64,000 bases of DNA from the human T2T-CHM13v2.0 reference genome, Homo sapiens (GCF_009914755.1 NC_060932.1), one strand, 5' to 3'; counted from the first letter of the stretch, positions 14,200 through 29,290 are shown. The notes: a model not told the origin generated them from the letters alone. Numbers and translations are program-made.

Positions 14200-15420
14200 T
14201 AATAATAGTTTGCTGCATTTGTAATTTGTTTTTTAGAAAAAAAATTATTTTGTATAAAGCAATTTGTGCATTTTACTCCATTGTTTACCAGCTTCTATTG
14301 TGGTTGTTTCAATTTCTGCTGTTATTCTAATTGTTATTGCTTTCAGAAAATCTGTTTATTTCTGTCTGATTCCTTTATTTTTTATTTCTCTGATCTTTGA
14401 TGTCCTGCACTTTCACTACAACAGGTTTATATGGGAATTTCTTTTCATTTATCATGCCTAATACATACTATGATTCTTGGATATGTGGATTTGTGATTGA
14501 GAGATACAATTTTACTTAGTCTGAAAAACTTCCATCCATTTTATCTACACATACTGTGCCTCCATTCTTTATTTTTTGAACTTGATTCATATGTATTTTA
14601 TACACTTTCAGTCTTTTATGCATATTTCAAACATTTAATCTTGCATCAGTATACTACATTCTGTATCATTTTATTGGATTTATCTTCAGGTTTGTTAAAT
14701 CTGCTGTTAAATTGGTCCATTATTATTTTTCATTTGAAGAGCTATAGTTTGTATCTCTAGCTGTCCTTTTTTATTTATCTCATCTATCTATTGATTACTC
14801 ATAGCTTCTTACTGCAAACTAATCTTCGACATTGCATTATTCATTTCTGCATAGGATTTACATATATGACTATATATATCTGTGTCTTATAATCTCAATA
14901 TTTGAAGTTCTTGGGGGTCTAAATATATTACTTGTTGTTTCTACTGACTTTTATTCATAGGAGCCACTTCCTTAATTGCTTAGTAGTCCTTTTAGTGGTA
15001 AATAGATGGCTTTACCTTAACCTGTATCACTTGAATTGAGAAAGATTTCCTCCAGACAGGAACTATTGATGGTCAGGTTACATGACCCATCTGGGATCAC
15101 TACAATCTCTGTATGAGTTTAGTTTGTCCCATATGTATCCTGGTAGGTGACCCAATTCACAGGAGGAACAAAGCTTTGTAGCATGAGGGCTCTGATGCAG
15201 CATCCATATTCCAAGGAAGTCTGCCTATTTAGGTTCCCAGTCATTCTATCTGCAATTCCCTGATGCTGAAGCCTAGGTCATATTTTAGAAAGTGACAAAT
15301 ATCTTTGGAGAAAACTCTCCTACTTTTGTGAGATTGCTTTGAAGATTTTTCATATGAAGTATACATTTGTTTTTCTACAGTGTAATAATTCCACAGAATG
15401 CCCAGTCATCTATATGCCAA
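14200..15420 (-). mobile_element. Ancient L1M/HAL1-like fragment
   Basis: T-rich strand with tactccattgtttaccagcttctattg...tctgctg...ctttgatgtcctgcactttcactaca, typical of reversed old L1M/HAL1 sequence. Confidence 0.55.
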
Positions 15421-16356
15421 AAGCTGGTCTATAGTTATTTAAGATCGATGATATTATTCAAAATTATGAGAAAACAGAAGACTTTGAGATATTTAGGAAT
15501 TTTTATAAACATAGTCTTACTCTAAAACAATTAAGGACACAGAAATCAGATCTTTTACTGTAAGACTTTGTGCTAAGCTCAGGCAGAAGGAGTTCGATGC
15601 AGCATTATGATCTTTGTTTCTTCTCTCCTGCTCATTCCTCTTAATTCTATTTCCAATATCACACCCAGGAGTCTCATGCAAACCTCTCCTTTTGCCTCCA
15701 CAAGTCAAGTGAATTTCTTAATTGTAAATATGGTTTTCCCTTTGTTGAAATTATGGAGAATTTTAGGGTGGTTTTTTCCTCTGGGATAACCAATACATCG
15801 TTCTCATTGTCTCTCTCCTCTCTGATTCCCATGGCAGGTATCATTATTTGTTACAGTAGTTTGTGTTGTTATTATTGTTGTACAAAGACTTCCAATTCTT
15901 TTCAATGCAGAACTCCAAACGTTCAAAGCCACTGAATTGGAGTTGGTGCTTCAGGCAAAACCTGACTTTATAACAGGCATGAAGTCCACTTAGGAGAAAC
16001 CCAGGAGAACCCAACTGGGGAGGATTTTTGTATGTTTCTTCTCTCTGCTTCATATCTGGAGACACTATGGCAATGTTGAAAAAAATGGATATATGCAGCC
16101 AAGATGAGAAATTAAGCTTTTAAATTGAAGTTATAATACTCAAACAGAAGAGTGAGTAAAATATAAATTGACAGATAGTTGTATTATCACTATAAACATT
16201 ATCACTGCACAGCTATACTGTATATGTAGATGTAATTTGTTCACTTTATGGCTATATTGAGTTCTGTTGAATTAACTTACCACAAGTTACTTTTTCATTT
16301 TACTGTGATGGACAGTAGGGCTGTTTCTAGTATTGTCTATTGAGAATAGTGCTGCT

Positions 16357-16565
16357 GCTCTATGTGATGACTCAAGTTAATAAAATTGTATTATATTAGG
16401 GATTTTCATTAAATAAGTTGATTTTAGCTGCATTTGTTATGAAAAACTATGTGAAATGATAGATATGTTGATCTTCTTCACCATAGCAACTATTTTACTA
16501 TCAACACATACCCCATAACATCATGTTGTAAATCTCAAATAAACACAAATGGGAAATTTATTTTA
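16357..16565 (+). mobile_element. L1MA-like 3' end nested in the L1ME fragment
   Basis: L1M 3'UTR phrases (aactatgtgaaatgatagatatgttgat...aacatcatgttgta). TSD agaatagtgctgct (16343-16356) / agaatggtactgct (16566-16579). Confidence 0.7.
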
Positions 16566-16671
16566 AGAATGGTACTGCTATTTAAAAAATAGTTATTGTC
16601 CCTGATTTTTTGGACCATGTGCATACATATTCCTATTGGGTACATGCCTAATTGTAAAATAGCTAAGTTAT

Positions 16672-16803
16672 TGGTAGAATAAAATTTATCATTCAAACCA
16701 GTACACTTTGAGAGTAAAAAAAAAAGGTATTATATGTCATTATACCAGAGCAACAGGTATAAATTTATTCTATTTTGTGCAAATTATGATATGTGAATAT
16801 TCT
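16672..16803. mobile_element. MER81-like hAT-Blackjack MITE
   Basis: aatttatcattcaaaccagtacactttgagagt...caacaggtataaat matches the remembered MER81 layout after CpG decay. Confidence 0.6.
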
Positions 16804-18449
16804 GTTCATAGGATATACATATGTCCAAATTTAGTAGATAATGCTATATATTTTTCTGAGATTATATACATTCCATTCCTACCAGAACCATATAAGAGGT
16901 CCAGTTTTTCACATTTTCAACAACACTTTGGTATTAGACGATGTGTAGTATTTTCTCATTTTGTTTTTAATTAACATTTCTGTGATTATTGATGTTAAGC
17001 AGTTCAAATATGTAATGGTAACTTGGAAAACAACTTTTGGGAATGCCAGTTTTAGTCTCTTGCCCGTTTTTTTCTACAATGTGTCTGTTTTTGTATTGGT
17101 TTGTAGATTTGTTTTTATATCCTGGAGAGAAGCCGAAATGCATTTATATGTATTTCCATATAGATTTTAAAATTAGCTTGTCAAGATGAACACCAACACC
17201 AGAAACAAAAGCCATTTCATTTTGATTGGGATTGCTTTTAACCGATAGATCTAACTGGAGAGAAGTGATACCTTTATAAGTGAGTTATCGGTGGTCTTTT
17301 AACCCCTATGGTTTCATAAGAAATTCTTCTCTGAAAAAAGAGATAATAAGGAATACAAGATGCCATTGCTTCACTTCCCAAGCCTAACTTGGAGCAGAGG
17401 GTGATGGCATTAGAGAGTCCTGCATGCTTGTTGGTCTTTCTTCTCCTGTGTCTATCCATTTCCAAGGTAAGAATAGTCCATTGTTGGTACAAATTACTTC
17501 AAAGAAGATGCTGTAATGTCATTGCAGAATTCCCTTGTGAACCAATCTATGACGAAATCATTCTAACAGTATAATCCAGAAATTGAATTAGAAAATCAGA
17601 AATCGTTTGGTCATCTGGAACTACACGTAAACTATTAACAAAGAGGTTATCTACCATTCTTTCCACTGCCAACGGCTCTTGTTGCATCATTCTCTCATAG
17701 CATCTTTCAGTATGAAGCGCCAACTTGATCCACTTTTATAGTCACAAAATCTTTGTTTTTTTCCATACTTGTAAATCTCTGCATTTTTTATGACCATCTG
17801 TTCATTTTCTGTTTCCCCGGATACAGAGTACAGTTCAATCCCAGATACTCCATTTTTTTCCTCTTTATTTTTATTCAAGCCAAATTCTATTTTTTTCTTC
17901 TTCTTTTTTTTTTTTCCTCCTGGAGAGGAGGAGTTAACTCCAGGACCTAATAGTATTCCATCTAAAGTGATAGCCACTTATTTCTCTTGCATACCATGAA
18001 TATTTCCTTTCCTATCTTCCCACGTCCCAGTTCTCATTAACATGGCTCCAGATTTCACTCATGCTGGTGAAATGATTTCTGTCAATCTTCCTTCAGTAAT
18101 TATCTTAATTCCCACAGAAAGCTCTTTTTATCCTAAAGGTTCAGAGACCCATTCTGTAAAAATGATTGTGATTTTTTTTTTCAAGCTTTCAAGTTGTTTT
18201 GTTTGCAGTTTTCTGGGTGACTATGAGAAGGATGTTATAGCCAGAGCATCACAAGACAAGGGCTGGGCAAACACTCTCAAACCCTTCTTTATTCTTTCCT
18301 AAGACATGTTCCCCAGATATGCTGCTACTTTTTCTGTACTAACAAATTCCCTAGCACTGGCCCTTTTTGCTCCCCATAAAAACTATGATTTTCAAGCAAC
18401 TAACCAATTATTGTATCTTCATCGAAAACATACATGCCAAGCAGCTGGA

Positions 18450-19090
18450 TGGGAGCTGTGTAGTGTGGCATTTAAACTTGAGTGTTTTGGAGTGAGAAGG
18501 CCTGGGTTTCAATCCCATTCTCTCAAATAATCAAGTACAGTTACCTTAATCAGGTAATGCTAATGCACACTGTAACAAACTACCTTACAATTTCAGTGCT
18601 TAACACAACACAAGTGCATGTATTTCTAGCTATCATAAAATCCAGTTCAGATGTTCCTCAGCTATCCTGGGGAGCCCTACTCCAGATGGTGACTAAGAGA
18701 TCATGCCCCTTCTGTGTAGTGATGTCTGCTATCCCCTGGATGTTCTCCTGAATCCCTGCATTTACCTGGGCATCAGTGTGTGGCAAACCATAGATGATCT
18801 CACAGAACATTTGGGGTGCAAGGAGAGAAGAGGTGAATGTTATTTCCATTCACATTTTGTTGGGTATAACCAGAAATATGGCCTGATCTGGATGCAAGGA
18901 TAATGAAAATTACAGTCTTCCATGTTCCGAGGTGAAAATTAAATGGTTAATACCAGGAAAGTTTCTTTATTGAAGTTTCTTCAAATGTTAAGACGGAGTT
19001 AATAGTGGTCCTCACCTCATAGGTTGGTGTGAAAATTTCTGACTATAAGAAGTATGTGATAAATGTTTATTATTATTATACTTGGAACAG
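18450..19090. mobile_element. MIR interrupted by an old MLT1 (J/K/L-like) LTR (about 18536-18960, minus)
   Basis: MIR 5' part (ttttggagtgagaaggcctgggtttcaatccc) and MIR 3' part (cacctcataggttggtgtga...ttattattat) flank ctgtaacaaac...ttcagtgcttaacacaaca (reversed MLT1 end). Confidence 0.6.
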
Positions 19091-19334
19091 GTGGCATGAT
19101 GGCTTTTGAGACCAAACTCCATTTGCAGTAACATCAAAAGCTCTTGAAATATTGGGAGCCCCAGGGGCGGCAAAGGAGCTGAGAAAACAACTTGACATTT
19201 ACAGCCCAAAAGGGTGGGGATAGGAGTGCCTGCTTCAGCTGCTGACGAGGCAGCAAAGAGACCTACAGATTGTTACCGGACTGCTCCACAAAACAGGTTT
19301 TTATTACGAGATCACTTTCATTTACACCAAAACA

Positions 19335-19527
19335 AGAGATGTTCTTAACCTGAAACCCTTAAAATCCTGAGACTCTAAGACGGGGCGGGGAGAGAGAGTG
19401 CTGTGAACACTGTGAAACAGTATGTAAGTAAATGTTCATCATTCTAAGAACATTTTTCCTAAAGAGAGAATTTCTAGTGTCACCACCTTTAAAAAGGGTT
19501 GTGTCTTATAAAAATCGAGAACTATTG
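19335..19527. mobile_element. hAT-Charlie MITE (MER103C-like)
   Basis: Termini gagatgttcttaacct ... aaaatcgagaactattg with internal ctgtgaa...ttttcctaaagagag. Confidence 0.5.
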
Positions 19528-20339
19528 GTCTTAAAGGACAAATGGTCTAAAATGTATATGCCATGGTTAGTATTTAGTTAATTACCCATGGGGGCTTATT
19601 TTGGATGGAGAGAGTGAGAAGGTATTAGGAAAAGGGCAGTTTCCCTCCTCATCCTGTCTGTTGTCTCCTGTGTCTGCCCTGTTGTGTTGCAAGCAAAAGC
19701 TGTGGAGGTGGTGATGTCTTTATTTTGCACTTTTCAGATGGGGGTTTTCCTGACATTATTACATGGGGCACTGCATTTCTAGACTTCTCCTTTTGTCATT
19801 GATTTTATCTTTTTAAAAATTTGCACTGACGATGTTCATGTGCTGTTTCACTGTTGGAGCCCATTTTCCTTAATTGAATTATATTGACTAGATGCTATCA
19901 CAGCCTCTGTTCATCCTACAGAGCATTTTGGACTCTTTTCTAATGCTACAAGTTTTGATCAGTTGGAGCTCACTTCTCTGCTTCATTGCTAAATGTATTT
20001 TATTTTTTTAATGAGTGGAGGACACCTCCAGTCCTTTACTCCGACAGTTTTCGTAGTGACTCATTACTCCGGCGAATCTGCTATCATGATGTTGTTTTCT
20101 GTGAGTGTCTGCAGACTTAGGGCAGACACTGGTCTTATAAGTTGAAAATATTTACCTAATCGAGGGTTCACATTAGATTTAGGGTCTATTGACAAATTAG
20201 ACATTATCGAAAAAGGCAAAATCCTGTTTTTCAATAACAAATACAAGAAAAACAGATATCTATAATTCTAACTAGATGGCAAAAATCCATGGTTTTGTAG
20301 AAATATATATGAAAAGAAAGGCAGAATGCTTTGATCAAA

Positions 20340-21480
<1,141 letters not shown>

Positions 21481-21629
21481 TTTTTAAGAAAAAGCACAAT
21501 ATGTAGTTTATGAGGGAATTGATCGTTAATTTTGTGGATCCTGTGTCCAAGCCTATGTTCTAACCTTCCTTGTACTTATGGATCAGTAGTATAAGAGTCC
21601 AGCAGGATCGTAGCTGAAATGATACCTCA

Positions 21630-22270
21630 TCATCCATTCATGAGCAGATTTCTATTATGTGCTCAGTATGTGCTAAGCAGAGTGCCAGAGGCTAAATATT
21701 CAAAGGTACAAGAAACACCATTTCTCATGTCTCCAGGAAGCTTATATGCTAGTTCAAAAGAACAGGTTTCCTCAATAATCAAATAATTAGTACAAATTGG
21801 AAATTGTAATAAATGCTACAAGTGAGACGTAACAGGTATCGTGAGGGCATGTTTTCCAAAGGAAAAAAAGGAACATCCAGAAAAGAAATAACATGGACAT
21901 ATGGGCCATGACAAATATGAGAAAATAGGGAAAGTCAGAGATCTGGATTGCTGAGTGGGAGGGGCTCTGGGGTGAGGGCAGAAGGAGGTGTTTGTATAGA
22001 CCAGAGGCGAGGATCATAAAACATCACCAGTTAAGTGTTTTGTCAAGGCTGGGAGAAGGAGGACAGAAGATAGTAAGAATTGACACAATCAGATTGATGT
22101 TTTCAAGGAATCAATCTGTTTGCCAAAGTGAACATTAGACAGTTCAGTCAGGGGGAGGTCATCAATAGCTTTAGGGTGAGTTTTAGTGACGTGATGGAGA
22201 TAGATATTTGAATGCATGAAGTCAAGGAGGAAATTAATAGTGAATAAAAGGACACAGCAAATGGAGGAAG
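21630..22270 (-). mobile_element. L2 fragments (reverse)
   Basis: cattcatgagcag...tatgtgctcagtatgtgctaagc, ttgtaataaatgctacaag, gatgttttcaaggaatcaatctg. Confidence 0.55.
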
Positions 22271-24475
22271 GTAATTAAGAATTTATTAAATATAAATCTA
22301 TTATTTATTAGTCAATTCCAGGAGTAGTAAACTGTGAAATAATTTGTGTATGTGTAAACAATTGACTGAGTAATTATAAATGGAGAAAATTAATTCTGAT
22401 GTGTTTAGGCTTGAATGTTTTGCTCATTGCATATACTTCAATCTAAAATTGTCAAGGTGCCCCCACTACCAGTATCTATAAATAGGTGAAATAATAATCA
22501 CTAAAGTAGTCTTAGATTGTGCACCAAATACAGTTGAATCATACTCTAACTGATCTGGCTTTTAACACAGGTCCTAGTTCCTAAATGGAATACGCTTCCT
22601 CTCATGGGGGAAATCTTGCAAAAGGGCCACTGTGACCACACATATGAATCTTATAGTTTATATCTCTTTTATAGACTAACACTCCAAATCTATAGCTTAA
22701 GATATTTACATATATTCCTAAAGAGAAGCATATATTTATATCTGTAATTTGAATTAGATGTGAAGGTAAGGAATTTTCTCCAATAGACTCTTTCAAAATT
22801 TTCCTTTAACCCCACCACAGTCTCCGGTTACTTTAAATGCATTGCTATCGAAGCATGTAGATTTTAACCTTATCCAAAATGGGCAAAAGTATAAAGCATC
22901 TTCAAAGCCTCTCCATCTCTTTTTTTGTTACATCAAATGTATCAGATCTAAGTGCTTTTGCCATCACTTGCCACAGATGATAGCATGTTCTCATGCTGAA
23001 GTCAGTATAAAAGTTTATGATGTTATTGACTTCGCACAGTTTCATCAGACCTCAGTATTGTTGATTTAATGACTCTTTCCTCTTCCTTTTTTTTTTTTAA
23101 TTCAACTCCACAGTTAACCCATGGTTTATTGGCGTGCCAGAGCTCAAGGTTTTTACTACATATAAACAAACTTATTTCCAAGGAAGCCCACCCATAAATA
23201 ACTCACCAACCATCCAAATGCAGAGCCAGAATATGATGAATATCAAGAAATTGGAGAAAACAAGCCTACGTAGAACTGAAAACTCTTCTTGCTCTTTGCC
23301 TGTTGAGTATACTTCCTAGTAAATAAAAAAAAAAAGTAATTTAAAGGAAAATGTCACCTGGCATGTAGTGTATCTGTGCCTCACAGCAGATGGCATGGTT
23401 CTGCATGGGGAGAGGGATGAAATGCCACATGCATGGCTGGAATGGAAGGATTTTGAGCAAGTGGTGTTCCTGGGAAGCTAGCCGGCAGGCTCTGACATTA
23501 ACAGTTTTATTAAGTTCAGCTGTGGGCTGGAGCAGCCTTTGCTTCTAGTATTTGGTAGTGGTTTAATGGCTGTTCCTCTGTTTCATGCAGGGTAGTGTGA
23601 AAAGTAATTGTAGTGGGTGGCAAGGTTGATAGGATTGAGGTGGATGGGGAGATAATATGCTTTATTCTAACTGTTTCATGTACTCAAGAAGAAAGGGAAA
23701 CATGGATGAATTACTCAAAGAGTGGGATTTAAAAAGAAATTATCTGAGACAGGTAACACTATGCCCCATATTGAAAATTGTCTAAATTATGGTTCCAATG
23801 AATCCTGCATTGTGTATAAAAATTGCACACCCTACTGTGAAGTCATAGTCCAGGAAGAAAGTGAGTTTGCAAACACACTGGCCTCTAAAGACGCTTAGCA
23901 TGCATTTAGCAGCTTGATATTTGCAAATATTGGGGTGTCGTCTACATACACCAGGTGTGGCTTTTCTCTTGTTTCTCTTTCAAATGACGCTAAGAAGGCA
24001 AGAGATGAGACTGTATGATTTGAGTTTATTGTGCTATTTACCTGTTGACCACATTATGCAGTAATACCTGTTTGCTTTCTAAAGAGGTTGTTCTGATGTT
24101 TTCATATTTTGTCATTGTAAGACAGCCTTGGGTGATAATGGATTATGCTTTCAGCAGGTCAGTAGAGCTATTTGCTCCACTAATCATTTCCCCAAAGGAC
24201 TGTAAACAGCATACAGCATGCATGGACTTCAGTGTAATCTCTCTGGATAGTGTAAATAGATGCCTGCTGGTTTCTGATAATAGTGTCTTCATTCCTTTTT
24301 AAGCTGGAAGAAAAAGATTCTGCCGTTGATGGACTGATAATTAGGTATGTATAGGATTGCAAGTTTTTGCATTTTCTCTTTGCTACTTAACATCAAGCAT
24401 CACTAACGCAAGATGCAAATTATATCTACATTTGTGTGCCATGAAGCTTTTGACTACACAATGCTAAAGTAACCA

Positions 24476-25005
24476 CAGCAATGTGCCACATAGATGACAG
24501 TGGCCCTATAAAATTATAATGGAGCTGAAAAATTCTTATCACCTAGTGACATAGTAACTGCCATAATGTTGTAGCACACTTTCTTTATTTTTAAAATAAA
24601 TGTTGTGTAGCCAAGGTGGACAGTGTTTATACAGTCTACAGCAGTGTACGGTAATGTCCTAGGCCTTCACATTTACTCACCACTCACTAATTTGCTCACC
24701 TTTGTAAATGCCCTATACAGGTGAACCATTTTAAAAGATCTTTTATACCATATTTTTATTGTACCTTTTCTGTGTTTAGATACAGAAATACCATTGTGTT
24801 ACAATTGCCTACAGTATTCCCTACAGTAACATACTATATAGGTTTGTAACCGAGAAGCATTAGGCTATTGCATATGGCCTAGGTATGTAGTAAGCTATAC
24901 TATCTAGGTTTGTGTAAGTACATTCTATGATGTTTGCACAAGGACAAAATTGCCTAATGATGCATTTTTTGGGACATATTCCTGTCTTTAAGTGATGCAT
25001 GACTG
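24476..25005. mobile_element. Tigger3/MER7 (GOLEM) TcMar non-autonomous DNA transposon
   Basis: TIR-like ends cagcaatgtgccacata ... ttaagtgatgcatgactg followed by TA. Internal ataatggagctgaaaaattc, aatgtcctaggccttcacatt and taggtttgtgtaagtacattctatgatg are Tigger3 phrases. Confidence 0.85.
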
Positions 25006-25035
25006 TAGTTAATTTGACAAATGTAATAAAACCAG

Positions 25036-25247
25036 ATATATATATATATACGTATATATATATACGTATATATATACGTATATATACATGTATATATACA
25101 TGTATATATGTGTATATATATACATGTATATATACGCATATATATACATATATACATATATACACATATACACACATATATACATACATATATATACATA
25201 TATATATACACACATATATATACACACACACACATATATATATATAT
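25036..25247. repeat. Compound (TA)n-derived minisatellite (TATATACG/TATACATG/TATACACA units)
   Basis: About 210 bp of alternating purine-pyrimidine sequence. It accounts for the Y/I/T/H/V-rich ORFs in the track. Confidence 0.97.
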
Positions 25248-26198
25248 GGAAATTTCCTAATAATGTCTCCTGTTGAGCTAGTGATGTTAGTATTATATCA
25301 GCATAGCCTAAAACAAATACATTTTATTATGTATGAATGAAGAGATGTAATAACAGAAGGCTGTCAAAAGCCATATTTAGGTGGGTACCTTTATGCAAAT
25401 ACAAATTTTCTTATCCATTCCTCACATCATTTTGATCTCTTTTCTGTTTGCTTATCCCTTTTTGAAGCACAGCTACTCACACTAATACCTTTAAAATTAT
25501 GACAAAAGACAGTTTCCAAAATGTTTATGTTGTTTTCCTTCTAAAGTAGAATAACAATTATTTTTAAAGCAATAATGGTTAAATATAAATAAACTTTAAT
25601 GGGTATGGATGAAGTGCAAGTACACACATTACAGCTAAAATCCAAAATGCCTCTAGTACATTGCATATGGAATTACATTTTAAGTGACCTATTTTCTTAG
25701 TTACAAGAAATGTACTTTTTCCCACATTACTATAATTTTTTTTTTTCCAAATTTTACTCCATTCCTTAGACAGGCAAAGATGGCAGGTGGTTAAATATGT
25801 AAAAATGGGAGATAAAATTAGAAATATAAATAAGCACAAATTTGGAGCTTCAGCAAAAAATAATTTGAGTATCTATGGAATGGTTTTTATATTTTTAAAG
25901 GACACTCTTTTTTTTTCCTTAAAAAAAAGTGTTTGTTTTCATCTACCAAAAAAAATGCCTAGAAATGTAACTTAGGCAATTTCACATTATGATTCCTGAG
26001 GTAAGGAAACTCTTCTCAAAACCAAGTCTATTGTATTAAACTGTAAAACCACCAACTCTGTTGTGGTTCTGCAGAAAAGAAAATTATGCTCCTTTCTACA
26101 GCCACCTCAAAATCCATGCCCTGATGGAACTTGCATTCCAGCTCTTTGAAACACCTTGACATTAACTCATTAAACTCATTATTTATTTCCTCCACTCC

Positions 26199-26340
26199 TT
26201 TTTTGTTTTTGTTTTTGTTTTTTCAGAGATGGGGGTGTTCCTATTTTGCCCAGGCTGGTCTCGAACTTCCGGGCTCAAGCAATCCTCCTGCTTCACCATC
26301 CAGAGTAGCTGGGATTTTAAGGGCCCACCACCCCTGGCTT
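26199..26340 (-). mobile_element. FLAM (free left Alu monomer)
   Basis: Single monomer gagatggggg...ttgcccaggctggtctcgaac...ctcaagcaatcctcctgc...gctgggatt...caccacccctggct with a (TTTTTG)n tail. Confidence 0.85.
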
Positions 26341-27035
26341 TAACCCACTATTTGTAACTTAAAGCCACCCTCCCCTCACCTTCTCTTTCACGGAGGCATT
26401 TGTTTCCTGCAACATCTCAAAGCTGCTTTTTTACTGAATACTTTGGCAGAAAATGAAATTGACTAAATGGATAAATAGATGATAGACAGATAGATGATAT
26501 TGACAAGAATTGTTGACTGGGATTTTATTCTAATTTCTAAAAATACTTAATTGGTATTGTTATATAAAGACAAGGACAGTTCATACTAGGATATCCTTTG
26601 GGAAATGTTCAGATTTGTGTCATAGGCATGTGGCCTTGTGCTTTGCATAGATCAAGAAAGATGATTTCATATACAGCAAATTCTAGCTTAATGTCACTAT
26701 CATAAACACAACTTTCTTTGATCCTCATCATAGTTCTGTGAAGTCTTTACCATCCAGAGGAAATTTTAACAGTATTAAAAACAGGAGCTGTACTTGCGTC
26801 AAATAATCAGAAGAGGAAGGCAGCAAACAGCAACCTTAGGCCACTATAGTAGACATTCATTCTTTATATGCTAAATGTAGGAGGTTCAGGAGCTGCTAAG
26901 CCAAGGAGTAGATCAGCACAGGCATTGGTGTTGGGTGGGTGGTGGGGGAACTTGAAAGAGTAGACTCAAAGGGCTCAGGGTGGTGGCTATTTATTAACAA
27001 GTGTAGAAGTTTTTATTATCTTAATAAAAGGTATG

Positions 27036-27363
<328 letters not shown>

Positions 27364-27367
27364 CTAC

Positions 27368-27713
27368 TCCTATGGTCTGAATGTTTGTGTCCCTCCAAAT
27401 TCATGTTGAAATTTAATCTCCGATGCAATAGTGTTAAGACATAGGGATTTTAGGAGATGATTATGTCATGAGGCTCCACCCTCCTGATTGGGGTTAGTGC
27501 CCTTATAAAAGGGCTTGAGGGAGTCTGTTTGGCCCTTTTTGCCCCTTCTGCTTTCCTCATGAGGATGCAGCAAGAGGTGCCATCTTGAAAGCAGACAGTA
27601 GGAGCTTGGTCTTGGATTTTCTGGCTTCGGGAATTGTAAGAAATAAATTTCTATTATTTTCAAATTACCCAGCCTAAGGTATTTTGTTATAGCAACTCAA
27701 ATAGACTAAGATA
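27368..27713 (+). mobile_element. MaLR solo LTR (MSTD/MLT1A-like)
   Basis: tcctatggtctgaatgtttgtgtccctccaaattcatgttgaaat...cccttataaaaggg...aataaa...gactaagata. 5-bp TSD cctac at 27363-27367 and 27714-27718. Confidence 0.88.
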
Positions 27714-27819
27714 CCTACCTTCATAATGTCTCTTAAATACGTTGTCTGCATGTATTATCTATGTTCTGTTTTTCTTTTCACATAAATGGAGAAGACAGTC
27801 TTATTGTGTTAATATTACC

Positions 27820-28840
27820 AGTTGAGGAGTTTGAAAGTTTATATCCTAGTCACAGCACCATCGCAAAATAAGTTCTATGATTTTGGTCAAAGCACTTATC
27901 TATTAGTTTCTTTTTCTGTAAAATGAGGATTATAGTATTTTTCTTGGGTATTTAAAAGAACTGTTGTGAAAGTCAGTAAGAGCTAACTTTTGAGTATTTA
28001 ATGTATTGCTGGCCTTACAGTAAATGCCTTATGTGGAGTAACTCATTTAAATTTCTCAACAATCTGATGATACAGACACTTTCTTCTTCATTTTGTAGAG
28101 GAAAGAACTAGAACACAAAGTGGTGAAGAAATTGCCTAAGGTCACATAGATGAAAAGCCCTAGGACTCACATTTGAATTTGGGCGAGCGATCTCCAGAGT
28201 CTTCATGCTTAATCCCTATGCCCCAGTGCTGTCTTTGGAAGATGGCCTTTTGTAAAATAGAACACCTTATATATGTGGAAAACACTGTCACTTTCAATAT
28301 TTTTATCATTACTTTTTTTTACAACTAGAAACAAAGTCTAAGAATATTTCTAGTGCTTCTAAGAATGATTATCAGCCCAATTTAAACGGTTGGCTTTGCA
28401 AACCATTTTCGATTATAGAATCTGTAGGAGTGCAATTGCTACACCCAGTTTTTATCTGTGGGTTGTTACTATTGGTGTATGTTTAGTTCATTTATATTAG
28501 GATCCATGCTTTGCCTCAGAGACTATAAAGGATCCTATTGAATGGCACAGATTTAACTTATCAAGAATCTCTGATGAAGTATTGGTGCATAATACTCAGG
28601 CTCAATAGTAGTACTAATAGTGAAACCGTTAACATTTGAGTGTTCCTCACATATTGAGAGCTGTGCTAAGCACTTTGAGTGGTCTACTGCATTTAGTCTT
28701 TCTAATAGAACTGTAGGATAATTTATTTTTATTATCACTAAATTACCGATGAAAAATCCTAGGTGTAAAGAGTTTAAATAGCACATGTAAGGTGGAGCAT
28801 GACTCCAGTTCCACCCAATAAAACGCCAGTTTTCATTACA
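27820..28840. mobile_element. Cluster of MIR fragments
   Basis: MIR core phrases tctgtaaaatgaggattatag, cattttgtagaggaaagaactag...ttgcctaaggtcaca, ctgtgctaagcacttt. Confidence 0.6.
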
Positions 28841-28993
28841 AAGCTGTATGTCACACAAGGTACCTACTGCCTATGAACTAACTAAGCTAAGAGTATATAA
28901 AAGATTCTAAAAATATATTTAGTGGATAAGCACGATCTATATATGGAGTTTTCAGCAAAGTAGCCCTAACATTACTTAAAATTATGCTAAAAA

Positions 28994-29290
<297 letters not shown>

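Larger units (their letters stand above)
16120..17280 (-). mobile_element. Ancient L1ME-like 3' fragment, interrupted by younger insertions
   Basis: gatggacagtagggctgtttctag...aatagtgctgct, ttttaaaattagcttgtcaag...ttttgattgggattgc...gatagatctaactggagaga are reversed L1M 3'/ORF2 phrases. Confidence 0.65.

Noticed and set aside
17660-18300. Possible decayed retroelement or processed pseudogene (K-rich 96-aa minus ORF)
   Set aside because: The lysine run comes from a T-tract and I could not match the remainder to any family.
24860-25340. Several overlapping ORFs of 62-123 aa
   Set aside because: Stop-free frames produced by the TA/CA minisatellite.
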